Made by a program: the position numbers and the translations under genes. Below are positions 34,196 through 47,200 of a stretch of 64,000 nt of DNA, in pieces. The notes under the pieces were generated by a model that saw only the letters and a program-made list of their open reading frames with translations, had not been told where the DNA came from and did no database searches. The stretch is from Mobula hypostoma (Eukaryota), in the NCBI RefSeq assembly GCF_963921235.1, contig NC_086109.1, positions 23,500,001-23,564,000 on the forward strand. Reading direction: 5' to 3'. How positions within the stretch are numbered: position 1 is the first letter of the stretch; the number at the start of each line of letters is the position of its first letter.

Positions 34196-36824
34196 AAGCT
34201 TTCTCTTATCAATTCTTCCCAATGCCTCAACTAAATTGCCCCATAATCTCCTATACTCGAAGAAGACCAGAGCTATGCTTCTTGTCCTGTGTTTTGTCAC
34301 TATTAATAAAAATAGTTTGTACTAACCTGGAGATGCCAAGCTCTTGTGCATTGAAGTCTAGGTGCTCAGAGCTAACAAAGAGTGTGTTTGAAGATCACAA
34401 TAAATGATTTATTATTTTGTGGAACTTTATTCTGTGTCCAAAAGTCTGCTAGTTTCAAGGCTTAGAATTCTGGAAGCATTGAACATTGGAGTCACACAGG
34501 GAGTTCAGAGTCTAAATGAAGAAAATTTTCGAATGCACGAGTTTCTCTCTGTGCTGTGAAGGGAAAGACTGAGAACCTTTTTATGTCGGCAGAATACTGA
34601 ATATGATATTGTTCCATTAACTCGCTATCAATGTAAGATCAAATTCCATACTCAGAGAGTGTCCCCTCCCCCCACTTGGCCTTACTGGGACTCGTGAGAC
34701 TTCAATGAGCCTAATTAGGTAACTGAATTGAAAATGGCAAAATAAGGTGCCAATTTACAGAGCACAGAATTGGAAGATCAAATCAAGTTAAGAGCAATTA
34801 ATGTGGGCAAGAATAGGATGGAAAAGCACAGAGGCGAAAGAACCTGGTCTACTGCATTGTGAAGCTTTTCATTTAAATCCTGCTGTTCAGTGTCAGCAAA
34901 ATGGATTACGTTCAAGGACATGTGTGGGGAGAAATGACCTTGTGCTATTTTTCTAAAATAAAGAACTATTATATGATATAATACCCTGAAACTGTTCAAA
35001 ATGATGCCCCAAAAATAGTTTCACGGGGAAGGGTTGAAACATGCACAATGAGTTGAAGCTCCAGGTCTAGTCTCAATCTGTCTCAACGGTTATTCTACAT
35101 TGTTGTTTGTTGGTTATGTTTTTAGTGGAAAAGGGAAGCTCATTGGGTTTACTGTGAAAACTGCTCTGTATATGAAGAACAGGAGCATCCTTTTCACTCC
35201 TCCAATTAATCCACAGTGCTGATGCCAAGTCAGCACACTAAGTAGCAGGGAGTAGTGCCCTCATTAATCAGTGAGTGCAGAAATTAAGAGGGATTCATTT
35301 CTGACAAGAATGAATTGCTGCACAGCAATCAACTGAAACATTACCTAAAATAATGATGCTCCTTTTATGATTTGAATACAACATTTATAAACCCATTTCC
35401 CTGGTGGTTGATGCAGTCTTGATGATCAGTGTTGTTAGGACCAGGCCTCTGATGTTATTGACATTGATAGCTATAAAATAATAAATGATTACAACATTTA
35501 GAAATTTGTTTTATTTATAAGATTAGTACGGATTATGATTTAAAAATATTGCATTTCAGTATTTCTACTTTACCCAGTATCAAGCATAAATAAATCTTGA
35601 CCTGGTATGTAGTAGTATTAGTTGTCCCCAGTCACCATGGCAACCAATCTCAGTGCCCTGAGCCAAATCAAGAAATCACCAGCCCAGGGTCCCTCTATTT
35701 CACTGAATTATCTGGACCACAGCAATCTCTGGAAGTATTTTGATTGTCTCAAACAATTGGAGAGGAAGTACCCAGACTTTTTCCTATTGAAGTAGGGAAT
35801 TTGTTACAAATGGTATTTCAAAGAGCTGGCATACGTGGAATAGGTCAAACCACTTCATTTGATCCTGTTATGTTATTTGGTTATAAATAGACATTGGTTC
35901 TTTAAAAGTCAGTTTTCTCACCTCTGTCAGGGGATGATATGGTCTTGGATTAGAAGAGTTTGTTACCCAAACCAACATAGTTGTGCAAAACAAATCGAAT
36001 GGAGCGGGGATTGGTTTCCTCTCTGTCGCTAATATTTTGAACTGATTAATAATGAATGATTCCTCCACTCCTTGCCACCCCTCATCCCTCACTCCTCCTT
36101 CCCACCAACTGGAGAGAAATGTGCAGAAGTCAGGCGAGAAATGAAAAAGTGCTAGACGTACAGGTCAGGCAGCATTTGTGGAAAGAGAAAAAGATGTTTA
36201 AATTGGTAAATCGATTTATTACTGTCATATGTACTGAGATAAAACTTTGTTTTGCATGCCATCTATACAGAATAGTTTCATTACAACAGCTCATTGAGGT
36301 GGTACAGGGGAAAACAATTACAGAATACAAAATGAAGTGTTATAATCATTGAGAAAGTGCAATGCAGGTAGACAATAAGTTACAAGGCCATAACAAGGTA
36401 GACTGTGAGGTCAAGGGTCCATCTTGGGTAAGTCCTATTAACCCTCCCCTTAACTTTCCTATGACATTGCAAATTCTACCTCTCAAATATTTTTCCAAAT
36501 TCTCATTAGAAAGATAAAATACAGTTTGCTTCCATCACTTTTTTAAATCACATGTACAGAGCATTGTAACTGTTTGCCTGACTGGTTTAGTGAGTTATGC
36601 TCTTTGCTGAATTAGTTAGTGTGACGGTTTTTCCAGCAACTGATCGCACGGCACCCTTGTGTTTAGTGCAGACACAAAGCCCAATGCATTGTGAGTCCTG
36701 TTAGCTTTGAGAGAAAAAGGCAAGACTTCAATTTAGTGATTGTTCATGATAGAATTTCATGGAAGGACTTTCAGCCCATTGAACCTGCGCTTGCTGTTTT
36801 GAAGAGCAAGCCAATTCAGAGACA

Positions 36825-37560
36825 CTTTACAAGGGTTCGCTGGGACTTGAGAATCTGAGCTATGGAGAAAGATTGAATAGGTTAGGGCTTTATTTCCTAG
36901 AGAGTTGGAGAATGAGGAGAGATCTTACTGATGTATACAAATTTATGAGATGTGCAGATCAGTTAAATTCATGCAAACTTTTTTCCCTGAAGTTGGGTGA
37001 GACAAAACTAAATGTTATAGTTTTAGGTGAAAGGTGAGGTATTTAAGGGAACCCGAGGATGAACTACTTCACTCAGAGAATGGTGTGCATGTGGAATGAG
37101 GTGCTTGGCGAAGAGGTGGATGTGGGTTCAACTGCAATGTTTAAGAGAAGTTTGGGTAGGTACATGGATGAGAGGAGAATAGAGGGCTACGGTCTGGGTG
37201 TGGGTAGATGGGACTATCAGAATCAGAATCAGGTTTATTATCACCGGCATGTGACGTGAAATTTGTTAACTTAGCAACAGCGGTTCAATACAATACATAA
37301 TCTAGCAGAGAAAAGATAATAATAATTATCAATTACAGTATACACATATTGAATAGGTTAAAAATGTGTAAAAGCAGAAATACTGTGTATTAAAAAAAAG
37401 TGAGGTAGTGTCCAAAGATTCAATGTCCATTTAGGAATCGAATGAATTGCTGAGTGTGTGCCTTCAGGCTTCTGTACCTCCTACCTGATGGTAACAATGA
37501 GAAAAGGGCATGCCCTGGGTGCTGGGTACGGTAAAAAAGACAACACTATCTAGATGAGCC
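36825..37560 (+). mobile_element. CR1 3' fragment interrupted by a Rex1-type 3' end (about 37216-37525, minus)
   Basis: NYFTQRMVCMWNE.. CR1 peptide; atcagaatcagaatcaggtttatt Rex1 tail; CR1 tail resumes near 37540. Confidence 0.75.
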
Positions 37561-38064
37561 AAAGGACCTGTTTCTGTACTATAGTGCTCTATGACTCCAT
37601 AAAATTGACTTAGAGTCATCAGTAAAAATGAAACCTGTTTGTTACCTGGGGACAACTTGTAGCTATCAGGAATTAATAATTAATGGAAAAACAAAGGAGA
37701 TGAGAGATGCAACATTTTCATTTTGCCGCAAAGATGTGACAGGATAAATTAAAATGCACATTTGGATATGGGAAATATCCCTGTTCATTGATCCGAACAC
37801 CAAGTACTTTGGGCAGCACTCCAGTGGCAACATTGAAAGCTGCCATGTCAGAGGTGTCTTATTTTGGATGAGGCATTGAGCTGATGCTCCAATTTTCCTG
37901 CCAGGATCTTACTCTACAGTTTCAAGGAAGAATCGGGAAGTTTTGGCATTGTCTTGTCCAATATTATACCTTAAGCAACTTCATATCTTCACCACCTTGC
38001 TGTCAGTGGGAGGATGCCATGGCTTTGGGTTTTCTACATAAAAACACTAAATCTATTTTAGAGA

Positions 38065-38508
38065 TACTTCACTTTATACTTTACTTTATACATTATTGTC
38101 GCCAAACAATTGGTACTAGAACGTACAATCATCACAGCGATATTTGATTCTGCGCTTCACACTCCCTGGATTACAAATATTAAATATTAAAGATATTAAA
38201 ATAGTTAAAATAAGTAAATATTAAAATTCAAACTATAAATCATAAATAGAAAATAGAAAAATGGGAAGTAAGGTAGTACAAAAAAACCGAGAGGCAGGTC
38301 TGGATATTTGGAGGGTATGGCCCACATCTGGGTCAGGATCCGTTCAGCAGTCTTATCACAGTTGGAAAGAAGCTGTTCCCAAATCTGGCCGTACGAGTCT
38401 TCAAGATCCTGAACCTTCTCCCGGAGGGAAGAGGGACGAAAAGTCTGTTGGCTGGGTGGGTCGTGTCCTTGATTATCCTGGCAGCACTGCTCCGACAGCG
38501 TGTGGTGT
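38065..38508 (-). mobile_element. Rex1/Babar 3' end
   Basis: Peptide RSAARIIKDTTHPANRLFVPLPSGRRFRILKTRTARFGNSFFPTVIRLLN; (acttt)n tail. Confidence 0.88.
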
Positions 38509-40615
38509 CTTGCTGCTTGGAACCTGGGGTCACTAAGTTATAGAGACATACAGCATGGAAACTTGCCCCTCCATGCAAACACCAACCATCAACTACCCAC
38601 TTACATTAATCTTACGCTTCTTCCTACAATCTTATCAACTCCCCACAGTCTCTACCATTCACCTACACCAGGGGCAATTTACAGTGGCCAATTAACCTAC
38701 CAATCCACGTATCTCGGGCATGTGACAGGGAGAACAGAGTGCCTGGAGGAGACCATGGCACCGCAGGAAGAGCATTCCAGTTCCATACAGCAGTACCTGC
38801 ATCTGGTTGCTACGAGGCAGGGATTCTGCTAATTGTACCAATGCGCTGCGCTTGAGGTTGTGAAAGGCACTATCTAAATTCCACTTCCTTCCCCCCTTCC
38901 CCCCCCCCAAGTATTAAAGGAAAACTGAATGTTTGTAAATCGGCACGAAAGCCTATGGAAACCTTGTATGTAAGGAATAGAATAAGTGGCTCAGGATAAA
39001 GTGGTTAAATTGCTAAATTCTAGTGTTTGAACAGAAATTAATCACTTAAAATAACTTTGTTGAATAAAAGACTCAGTTGTTGGGGAAATCAGGAAAGCAT
39101 TAAAACACAGCTGGATATAACTAAAACCAGCATTAGGAATTCTGAAAGGGCATTTTAAAAGCAAGGAATATGCATTCTGATTCCAGCATCAATAGTAAGG
39201 TTGTTTCACTTATGTTGAAAGTAAAACAACAATTAAAGACCCTATTGTTCTTGTCAGTGATTTAGGGCTGTAAGGTTAATATGCACAATAGGAGTGAATG
39301 GTTTTAAAGGAGCAAAGATAGCTTTTGTGGTAAAAAGCTATTAGGGATCAATTTTCCCTTCTGGTGATGTTAGCTTTTGTCTCCCAGAATTTTAAGTAAA
39401 ATTGCTGTTAGAAAGAATTGGTTTTAGTGAAGGTTAATATGCACAATAGGAGTGAATGGTTTTAAAATACTGCAAGGGTCATCAATCCAGAATTTTGAGT
39501 GAAAAAAAAACTGCTACAAGAACCCGCTGGGGCAAGCTGCATCTGTTGAGGCAAAAAGAATGGTCGCCATTTTAGGTCAAGAGGCAGCAACAGGATTATA
39601 CCTTCCACTTTCATTTTCTGAGCCATTGCGTCAGACATGAAAAGAGCAGACAAAACCTTGGTGATTACCACCCAAACCCAGTGATATCTCAGTTTTGTAG
39701 GGTCTGCAAAGAGTAACAGAGGTTGCTGCTTTTCTGCAAATCATCCGGCACATACTTAATATGTAGTGTTGGGAATATACCTCAGAATAAACCATGTGTT
39801 GACTTGATGCAGGAAAAAAAAATTACACATCTTAATTTTGACATGACAGCTGTTGTTAAAAATGGAGTCTCTCATTTATGCCGAGTGATAGTAAGTCTTT
39901 TAAACAATGCTGAGAATTTCTGACTGGTTCCATTTTTGTAAAGTAATGGTAGCAAAATACAACAAACGCTTGCCTGGCTACCAATTTGCTCAAACTTAGT
40001 TATAGGATTATGCTGGTGAAGAGGTCAATCACTTTCTTGTTTAAAAATAGGAGTTTTATTCTTTTCTGTTCCAGTAAACCAATGCTGATACTTAATCTGA
40101 GCTCCTGCAGAAGAAAATCTGAAATTAGACTGATGGATGTTTGGATGGATTATACCATGAATCAAACCCTAAAATGGTTCCAGATGGGCCCAGGCACAGC
40201 TGCACGTGGCCTACACAACTTGCCACATACCAATATGAAAGGGGCCTCATCTCTTAAAGACACATTGCCCACAGCAGCCAAGCAACAGTAGCACGCTATG
40301 GTTATCATTGGGGAGAATGTGGCTTCAGGGAAGAGGGAGAAAGCTTTCACATTCACTTAAAGGGGCCAGAAAGCCCACATCGGACTTTTAAGTATAGAAC
40401 AGGAGAGAGATCCACCATAGGGTAGCAAGAACCTAGCTGGTTTTCTTAACATGTGAGAAACCCCACTCATCCAAGCAATGCAGAAGTAAATTTTATGTTC
40501 TAGGAAGACATGTTAATGAAAACATGCCACTAAAATGGTGATAGAATTATAGAGAGGCGCATAACAGAAACAGACCCAGATCTGGCTGAATCCTCAGTCT
40601 CCCATTTACACTAAC

Positions 40616-41059
40616 CAGGGGTTCCCAATCTGGGATATGTGGACCTCCCCCGCAGTTAATGGTAGGGGTCCATGGCATGCTGGAGGGAAGTGTTAAGAGT
40701 TTGCTGGGCAGCAAGAAGATCCAACAAGTCGATACTTGAAGAAATACAGCCGGACTGCTCACTAGGAAGCTTGATTATGAGACAAAATCTCAAATATTTT
40801 GGCCACATCACGAGAAGGCAGGACTCCTTGGAGAAGACTCTCATGTTTGGTAAAACAGAAGGTAAAAGAACGAGAGGATGACAGAGACTATGATGGATAG
40901 ATAATATTACTCAGACAATGCATATGACCTTGGGGGAACTTAGAGAGGCAGTTTCCAACAAGAAGGCTTGGCGTGCAGAATCCATGAGGTCATGAAGAGT
41001 CGGACTTGACTTAACGACTGAAAACAGCACCATGGCATAAAAAAGGTTGGGAATCCCTG
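40616..41059. mobile_element. Short hAT/Charlie-like MITE, split by a BovB-like insertion
   Basis: TIRs caggggttcccaatct / aggttgggaatccctg; flanks cactaac / cagtaac resemble a degenerate TSD. Confidence 0.75.
40679..41029 (+). mobile_element. BovB-like RTE 3' fragment
   Basis: Peptide CWREVLRVCWAARRSNKSILEEIQPDCSLGSLIMRQNLKYFGHITRRQDSLEKTLMFGKTEGKRTRG and tail catgaggtcatgaagagtcggacttgacttaacgactgaa; 9-bp TSD ccatggcat (40670-40678, 41030-41038). Confidence 0.88.
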
Positions 41060-42658
41060 CAGTAACCGTATTTTAATCCCACTCTATAATTTTCCCCATA
41101 TTGTCATCAAATTCTAGATATTGTCACTTGCCAATACTCCTGCAACAATTTTTAATGGCAAGCTAACCTACCAACCCACATATCTTTGGGATGTGGGAGG
41201 AACACTATATCGTCACAGGAAGAACATGCAAACTTCCCAGTCGACACTAGAGATCAGGATTGAACCCAGGTCTCTGGCACTGTGAGGCAGTGGCTGTAGT
41301 AGCTGTGTCACTGAGCTGCCTTGTAGTAAGTCATTTTGGTGATTTAATCACTGTGACATACTTGATGTGTTACGATCTGGATGGGCAGTTCTCCAGAACA
41401 GGATGTGAGGAATTATTTGTCGAGGCTTTCCAGCTGATTAGTGGTGTTCAGTGTGAAGGGGGTAACTTTGCCTGTATGGGAGTGCCTTTTCATCTAATTA
41501 TGGGCTAAATAGCTTCTTGGGCATTCTGCTCAACACATTCTAATCCCATACTCGACTACGAAATTCTTGTTCAGAACAAATCTAGAAGCTCAAAGTTGAT
41601 GCGTTATCTGTATTCCTACATTGTATCTGGCTTTGTGTGGGCGCAGCACAAGCGAGTAGAGCTGCACCAGTGATGCTTCACTGAATGTGCAATGGGCCCT
41701 CTTAGGAAACCTGGACAGCCTCTCTCTGCAGCAGATGAAGACCTTGACTCATTTCTACTTGTGACCCACTGGACTAACTCTTCTTTGTTAAACTCCACAA
41801 GCCACATTTGCAGGTCAGAGCTGGACTCGAAATTAGACTCGTGGGGGCAGTTCCTATCTGAAATATTCTTTTATGCAAAAGGCAGTCTTCCAACGTGGCG
41901 TTTCTGATTAGGTGGAAATGCATTTCTGGAGCAAATACTGACCTAGTTATCAGACAGCACACCTGACTACAGATCAGCAGGTTAAGACTCTCACACTCAG
42001 AAGAGGACCAGACAGTCCAGGCTGATGCCTCCAGTACAAAAGTGAAGGATTCCTGCATTGCTGGAACCTTCCAGAAAGAAGGTTAGCTTGCAGAATGGCT
42101 GCTTTTGAGATAGAGGATTTACGATTCTGAGAAAAAGAAGAATTTTCTCTAGATATCTTGGCCAAGACACATTTATAAATCACCATCCCTAGTGGAAAAT
42201 TGGCAATCTACAACTCTGGAGTTGCATACAGCTATTGAAGGCCTAACATGTGGCTCGTGACAGTACTGGGACAGAAATCTGATACTGAAGAGGTCTGTAG
42301 AGGCAATATTGTTGGACATAGACATGCCATGATATAATATTGTTGTAGAATACTGATGAGAATAGTAGGTGCAGTATATACAGTATATCATGTATGTCTC
42401 TATATAAACTGGGTTATTTCACCATTCATATATCTTCGTGTGACTTGGTGTTAAATGCCATTTATTTGAAACAGCCACAATCCAAAGCTGCAACCATCAC
42501 AAGCGGATCATTTTCACCCAGAGAGTAGTGAGCCCCTGGAATGCACTGCCTGAAAGAGCGGTGGAAGCACAGTTGCTGACAGCAGTTAAGAAGTATGAGC
42601 ACTTGAATCACATCAGCATAGAAAACTATCGTCGTGTATTGGAAGATAGGATTAGTAT

Positions 42659-42903
42659 TGTTGTCTGTATAATATTTCAATAATATTTGACTAATCTTGT
42701 ATATATATGTATAGAGTTTGATTAAACATTCTTGTTTATTTAAATAATTAATTACCGGTTATATGTAAAAATGCATTAATTGTATATGTCATCACACTAC
42801 CACGTGATACGTGTGCACCTCACTTAAGGTAAGCTCGAAGCCAGATTTGCATTCCTGGACTCCCATGTTTTCTTTGAATTTGTTTAATGTTTTAAAGTTG
42901 GCA
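42659..42903 (+). mobile_element. Solo LTR related to the Gypsy LTRs at 51082 and 55859, inserted in a CR1 3' end
   Basis: Colinear motifs tgttg..aatatt, tatgtaaaa, gtcatcac..ccacgtgat, cactta, ctccc.tgttttcttt shared with both LTRs. Confidence 0.75.
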
Positions 42904-43799
42904 TGGTTATGTTAATCTGTGGGGTTTGACCCTGTGACTCTATGTGCGTCTGAGTGAATATCCTGTAGAGCCTGGTATTCTGAGTGTATGTGCTCCCTCA
43001 TTTGTCCTTGATGATCAATTTGGTTTGGTTTCATTGGACGAAAACAAGTCTATTTTTTTCTCAATTATTTTCAAAGTTAGTGGAGGTTAGCATATAATTT
43101 GAGGTAACAAACAGAACTATTTTAGTCATAGACTCATACAGCATGAAGAAAGGCCCTTTGACCGATATATGCTGACCGAGATACATACTCAAACCAATCC
43201 CATTTCCCAGCACTTGGCCCATGTCCCTCTAAATTCCTGTCATCCATATCCCTGTCCACATGCTCCTTAAGTGTGTCTTAATTTACCTGCCCCAATCATT
43301 TCTTCTGGCAGCTGGTTCTGTACCTCTACTGTCCGCTGTGTAAAAATGTCGCCCTTCAGATTCTTATTAAACCTTTCACTTCTAACCTTAAAACTACAGT
43401 ATGTCTTCTATCTTTTAATTCCCCAACCCTGGAAAAAAAACCTGTTCTCCTTGCCTATGTGTGTTGTGACTTTATTTTCTTTTTTATTTATTGGGATACA
43501 GTGTGGAATAGGCCATTCCAGCCCTTCAAGCTGTGCCACCCAGCAACCCCCAGATTTAATCCTAGCCTAATCACAGGACAATTTACAATGACCCGTTAAC
43601 CTACTAACTAGTACGTCTTCGGACTGTAGGAGGAAGCTGGAGCACCCAGAAGAGACCACGTGGTCACGGGGTCTTCGTACAAACTCCTTACAGGCAGCAG
43701 TGTGAATTGAACCCAGGTTTCCTGCACTGTAAAACGTTGTGTTAGCCAATATGCTATCATACTGCCCTGAGTATACAGAGCTGTTAGTTAAATATTACA

Positions 43800-44213
43800 C
43801 TTCTAAGCAGCTGCTGTACAGAGAAATGTGTCAGGTCAAGCGCTCAGTCGGGGGGCAGAAGAAACGTTACAAAGACTGCCTTAAAGCGTCCCTCAAAGGC
43901 CTGGGTGTCGACATCAACACGTGGGAGACGCTTGCCCTCGACCGTCCAGCTTGGCGCAGCAAGATCACCACAGGAGCCCGTGCAGCTGAAGTCAGGCGCA
44001 TCATTGAGGCGCAACGAAAGCGTGCTGTGCGCAAGGCCTGAGCAGCATCCTCTGCCACGACAGCACCCACCCACTTGTGTCCCACATGTGGGCGAGCCTT
44101 CAGGGCCTGGATTGGCCTCATCAGTCACCTCCGGACCCACAGCCACCAATCTCCCATTTGACTTTGAAGCCATGGTCATCTTCGACTACAAAGGACAAAC
44201 AACAACAACAACA
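43800..44213 (+). mobile_element. RTE-clade LINE 3' end with C-terminal C2H2 zinc finger and (AAC)n tail
   Basis: KQLLYREMCQVKRSVGGQKKRYKDCLKASLK..WETLALDRPAWR, then after an in-frame stop CPTCGRAFRAWIGLISHLRTH. Confidence 0.9.
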
Positions 44214-47200
44214 TTTCTTATAGTGGTACTAAGCAATATTCGATATATTACAGAAAAAGAGAAAACACACTTAAAATTATATAGAATACATAATGCAGTC
44301 AAAGACCATTCAGCCGAATTCCCAGGACAAATAGAGTGCAGTTCTCAATCCACTCCTCAGTCGCACAGGTTCAAATCAAGAACAAAATAGATTCAATGCA
44401 GATTGAAGCTCCCTCCATGCTGTCCCATCAAACACTCTCAGGCTAACTCAGAGCAAACTCCCTCTACTGTGTCCAATCAAACATTCCCAGGACAAGTCAG
44501 ATACAAAACAAAATTCCTTTTCTCCAGTCATGTCCCTCCAATTATCTCAGAGTGGCATTTTGCTTCTGCCTGCCTAGACATCCTCTGAGGGAAGTTGCAA
44601 ATTTACTTACTAATGAGGGGGCAGAAAATAACTTTAGAAAATAATTTCATGCCCAGTTCTGACTGAGTCTTCTGTATTTTCCATTGCTCTCTTGGGCTCT
44701 TTGGTCTGTGTTTAATTTGAAGCTAGCTGGCTGAGATGAGAGGCAATGTCACTGAGCAGCCAATCCCCATTCATGTGCTTTTCCTTGATTTAGTTGGGTG
44801 ATGGGGACTGGCAATACAAAAAAATAGCCCAAGTGTAATTTAAGCTGAGTCATTTAAAAATTAATAGGCGTGAATGTTTTATAGGAGTGAACCGATCACT
44901 TTTCATTCACCTGTAGCTTGATCCAAGGTTACAGTCAGGTACAACCTTATGAGGGCAATAGCTGAGTGCCATAAAACTCTGGCAGTGAACCGGTTAGTCT
45001 AAGCTTTACCAGGTAGCACATTCAGATTGGGTAGTCTGCTCAACTCTTTGATATTCCATGGATTTAATCCAAACATTACTGCCCTTTTGTATAAATGTTG
45101 ATCCAGTCAGTCCAGATGACAGGTCTTGACCTGTTAACAGATGCTGTCTGATCTATTGAGTTCTACTATCATTTTGTTTTTTGATGCAATCTTTTGTTTG
45201 TCATATTTTTCTTAAAGATATGTCTATGCCAAGAAGCTTTGCTTTCCCAGCCTTAGTCATTGATATACAGTATGCAAACAATCATGTATGTATGCATAGT
45301 TAGTGACCTAACTCCAAATCATCATTGATTCCTTTACTAAAGTAGTTAAGACAAGTTTTCCATAGGTGCTTGCCTGGCCTGCTGAATTCCTCCAGCATTT
45401 CGTCTCTGTTGCTAAGACAAGTCAAGTTTATTGTCATGTTCACAAGTATGAATCTGAATCAGGTCTATCATCACCAGCATGTGTCGTGAATTTTATTACC
45501 TGAAACTTGTGAAATTTGAGGTACAGTACGATGAAAAATTTGTTTACAGCAACACCAAAGGCAGATAGGTACACATTGACACATACAAAATTCTGGAGGA
45601 ACTCAGCAGATCAGGCAACATCTGTGGAAAGGAATAAACAAGTGCCCAGTCCTGATGAAGCATCCTGGTTTGAAACTTCAACTGTTTATTTCTCTCGGAT
45701 GCTGGCTGACTTACTGAGTTGCTCAAGCATTTTATATGTATTCTTCCGGATTTCCAGCTTCTGCAGAATCTATTGTGTTTTAGGCAGGTACAGATAATAC
45801 ACAGAATATATTGCAAATAATATCATATAGTGAAAAGAAAGAATGTGCAAAACCAAGACCCTAGTTCAAGTAAATAACAATAACACTATCGAAGCCTCTT
45901 GAGAATCCAAAAGATGATCTGTAGTGCTCACTTGCTGAGGTAGGTTTGGAATTTTCCTCCATCAACTTGTCCCTGCTAAACAAAATGGCCAACACTGAGG
46001 AGATTTTGGAATATATGGGCCATTTTCCACATTTTGAGGCCACTTGCAGCTGGGGCAGAGGTCAACAAGGAAATTTATCACTGTGTCTAATACAACAGCA
46101 CAGCTTACAGTTGACTGAAGAAATGAAAGCTCAAGGACCAAAAAGCACGCTCTTGATCTACCAGGCAGCGCTCAAGCCTACTTTTTTTCTATGTTTTGGA
46201 AGATTGGACAACCTAGAGGACATGAGCAATTTCCATCAATACCATCTCTGAAAATTCATGGACACAATTGGTGAATCAATGTCGAAGACCTCTCTTAGAC
46301 CCGCACCCTCAGTACGTAATCTTGGATGACTGCCAACTAATTCAGTAAGAGGGCCACCTTGCCTGATACTAGACTCCTGAAACAAGGATTTTACTTTGAT
46401 CTCCATCATGATAAGAGAGAATGCTACAAGGATGTTCTCAAACTCTCCTTGAAAATCTGTAATAACCTCATCAACAGGCAGAAATAATTGGCTTTTGACT
46501 GGAGAAAGAAATTCTGTGAAGTCACTGATCATGTTGATTCACCATAACGGTAACACGTAAAGGCCATGCAGAAACAGCAGCAGCGTACACCGTCCCAAAA
46601 TAACTTACCCACCTGTCAGTCAAGACATGCTAGCTAACGGTGTGCATTTCACACAGGTCCTATCAACTACCTCAGAAATGGAATGGAACCAAGTCACCTC
46701 CAACTGTAAGGGACTGCCTGAAAAGGAGAAATGACTCTTCTCTATGAAGAACTACCAGAAGAAGCTACACGAGAAAGGATAGAAGGGTGACTAGGATCAT
46801 AAATCCATTAAACAAGCAGCTGGAAGCTAGAGAAAAATCAAGTCAAATGGACATAGATCCTTTAGGTGGAAGATTATGACTTGATATATTAATTCTATTT
46901 ACCTCTCTCCACTAACGCTGCCTGGCCTGCTGTGTATTTTCAAAATTTTCTGTATTTTTATATCTAGATTCTTTAACATTGGAATTAATCCTTTGATCTA
47001 TAATTTATTGCCTACCATTACTTGTCAGATACTGGTGACCCCACTATGGGATCCTCAGTTAAGTGAATCACACCATTGGGATTAAGTAGTTTCAGCGAAG
47101 TGATATATTGCAAGTAAATCTATTTAGATAGTTCCTGACGTCTACTTTTAAACAAAAATTACACATCTCAGAACAACGAAACCCCCAAATAATAAAAGAA

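Noticed and set aside
42795..42815. CACGTG E-boxes as TFEB autoregulatory CLEAR sites
   Set aside because: No full GTCACGTGAC seen; the CACGTG hexamers I found lie mostly inside transposons and far from the promoter.
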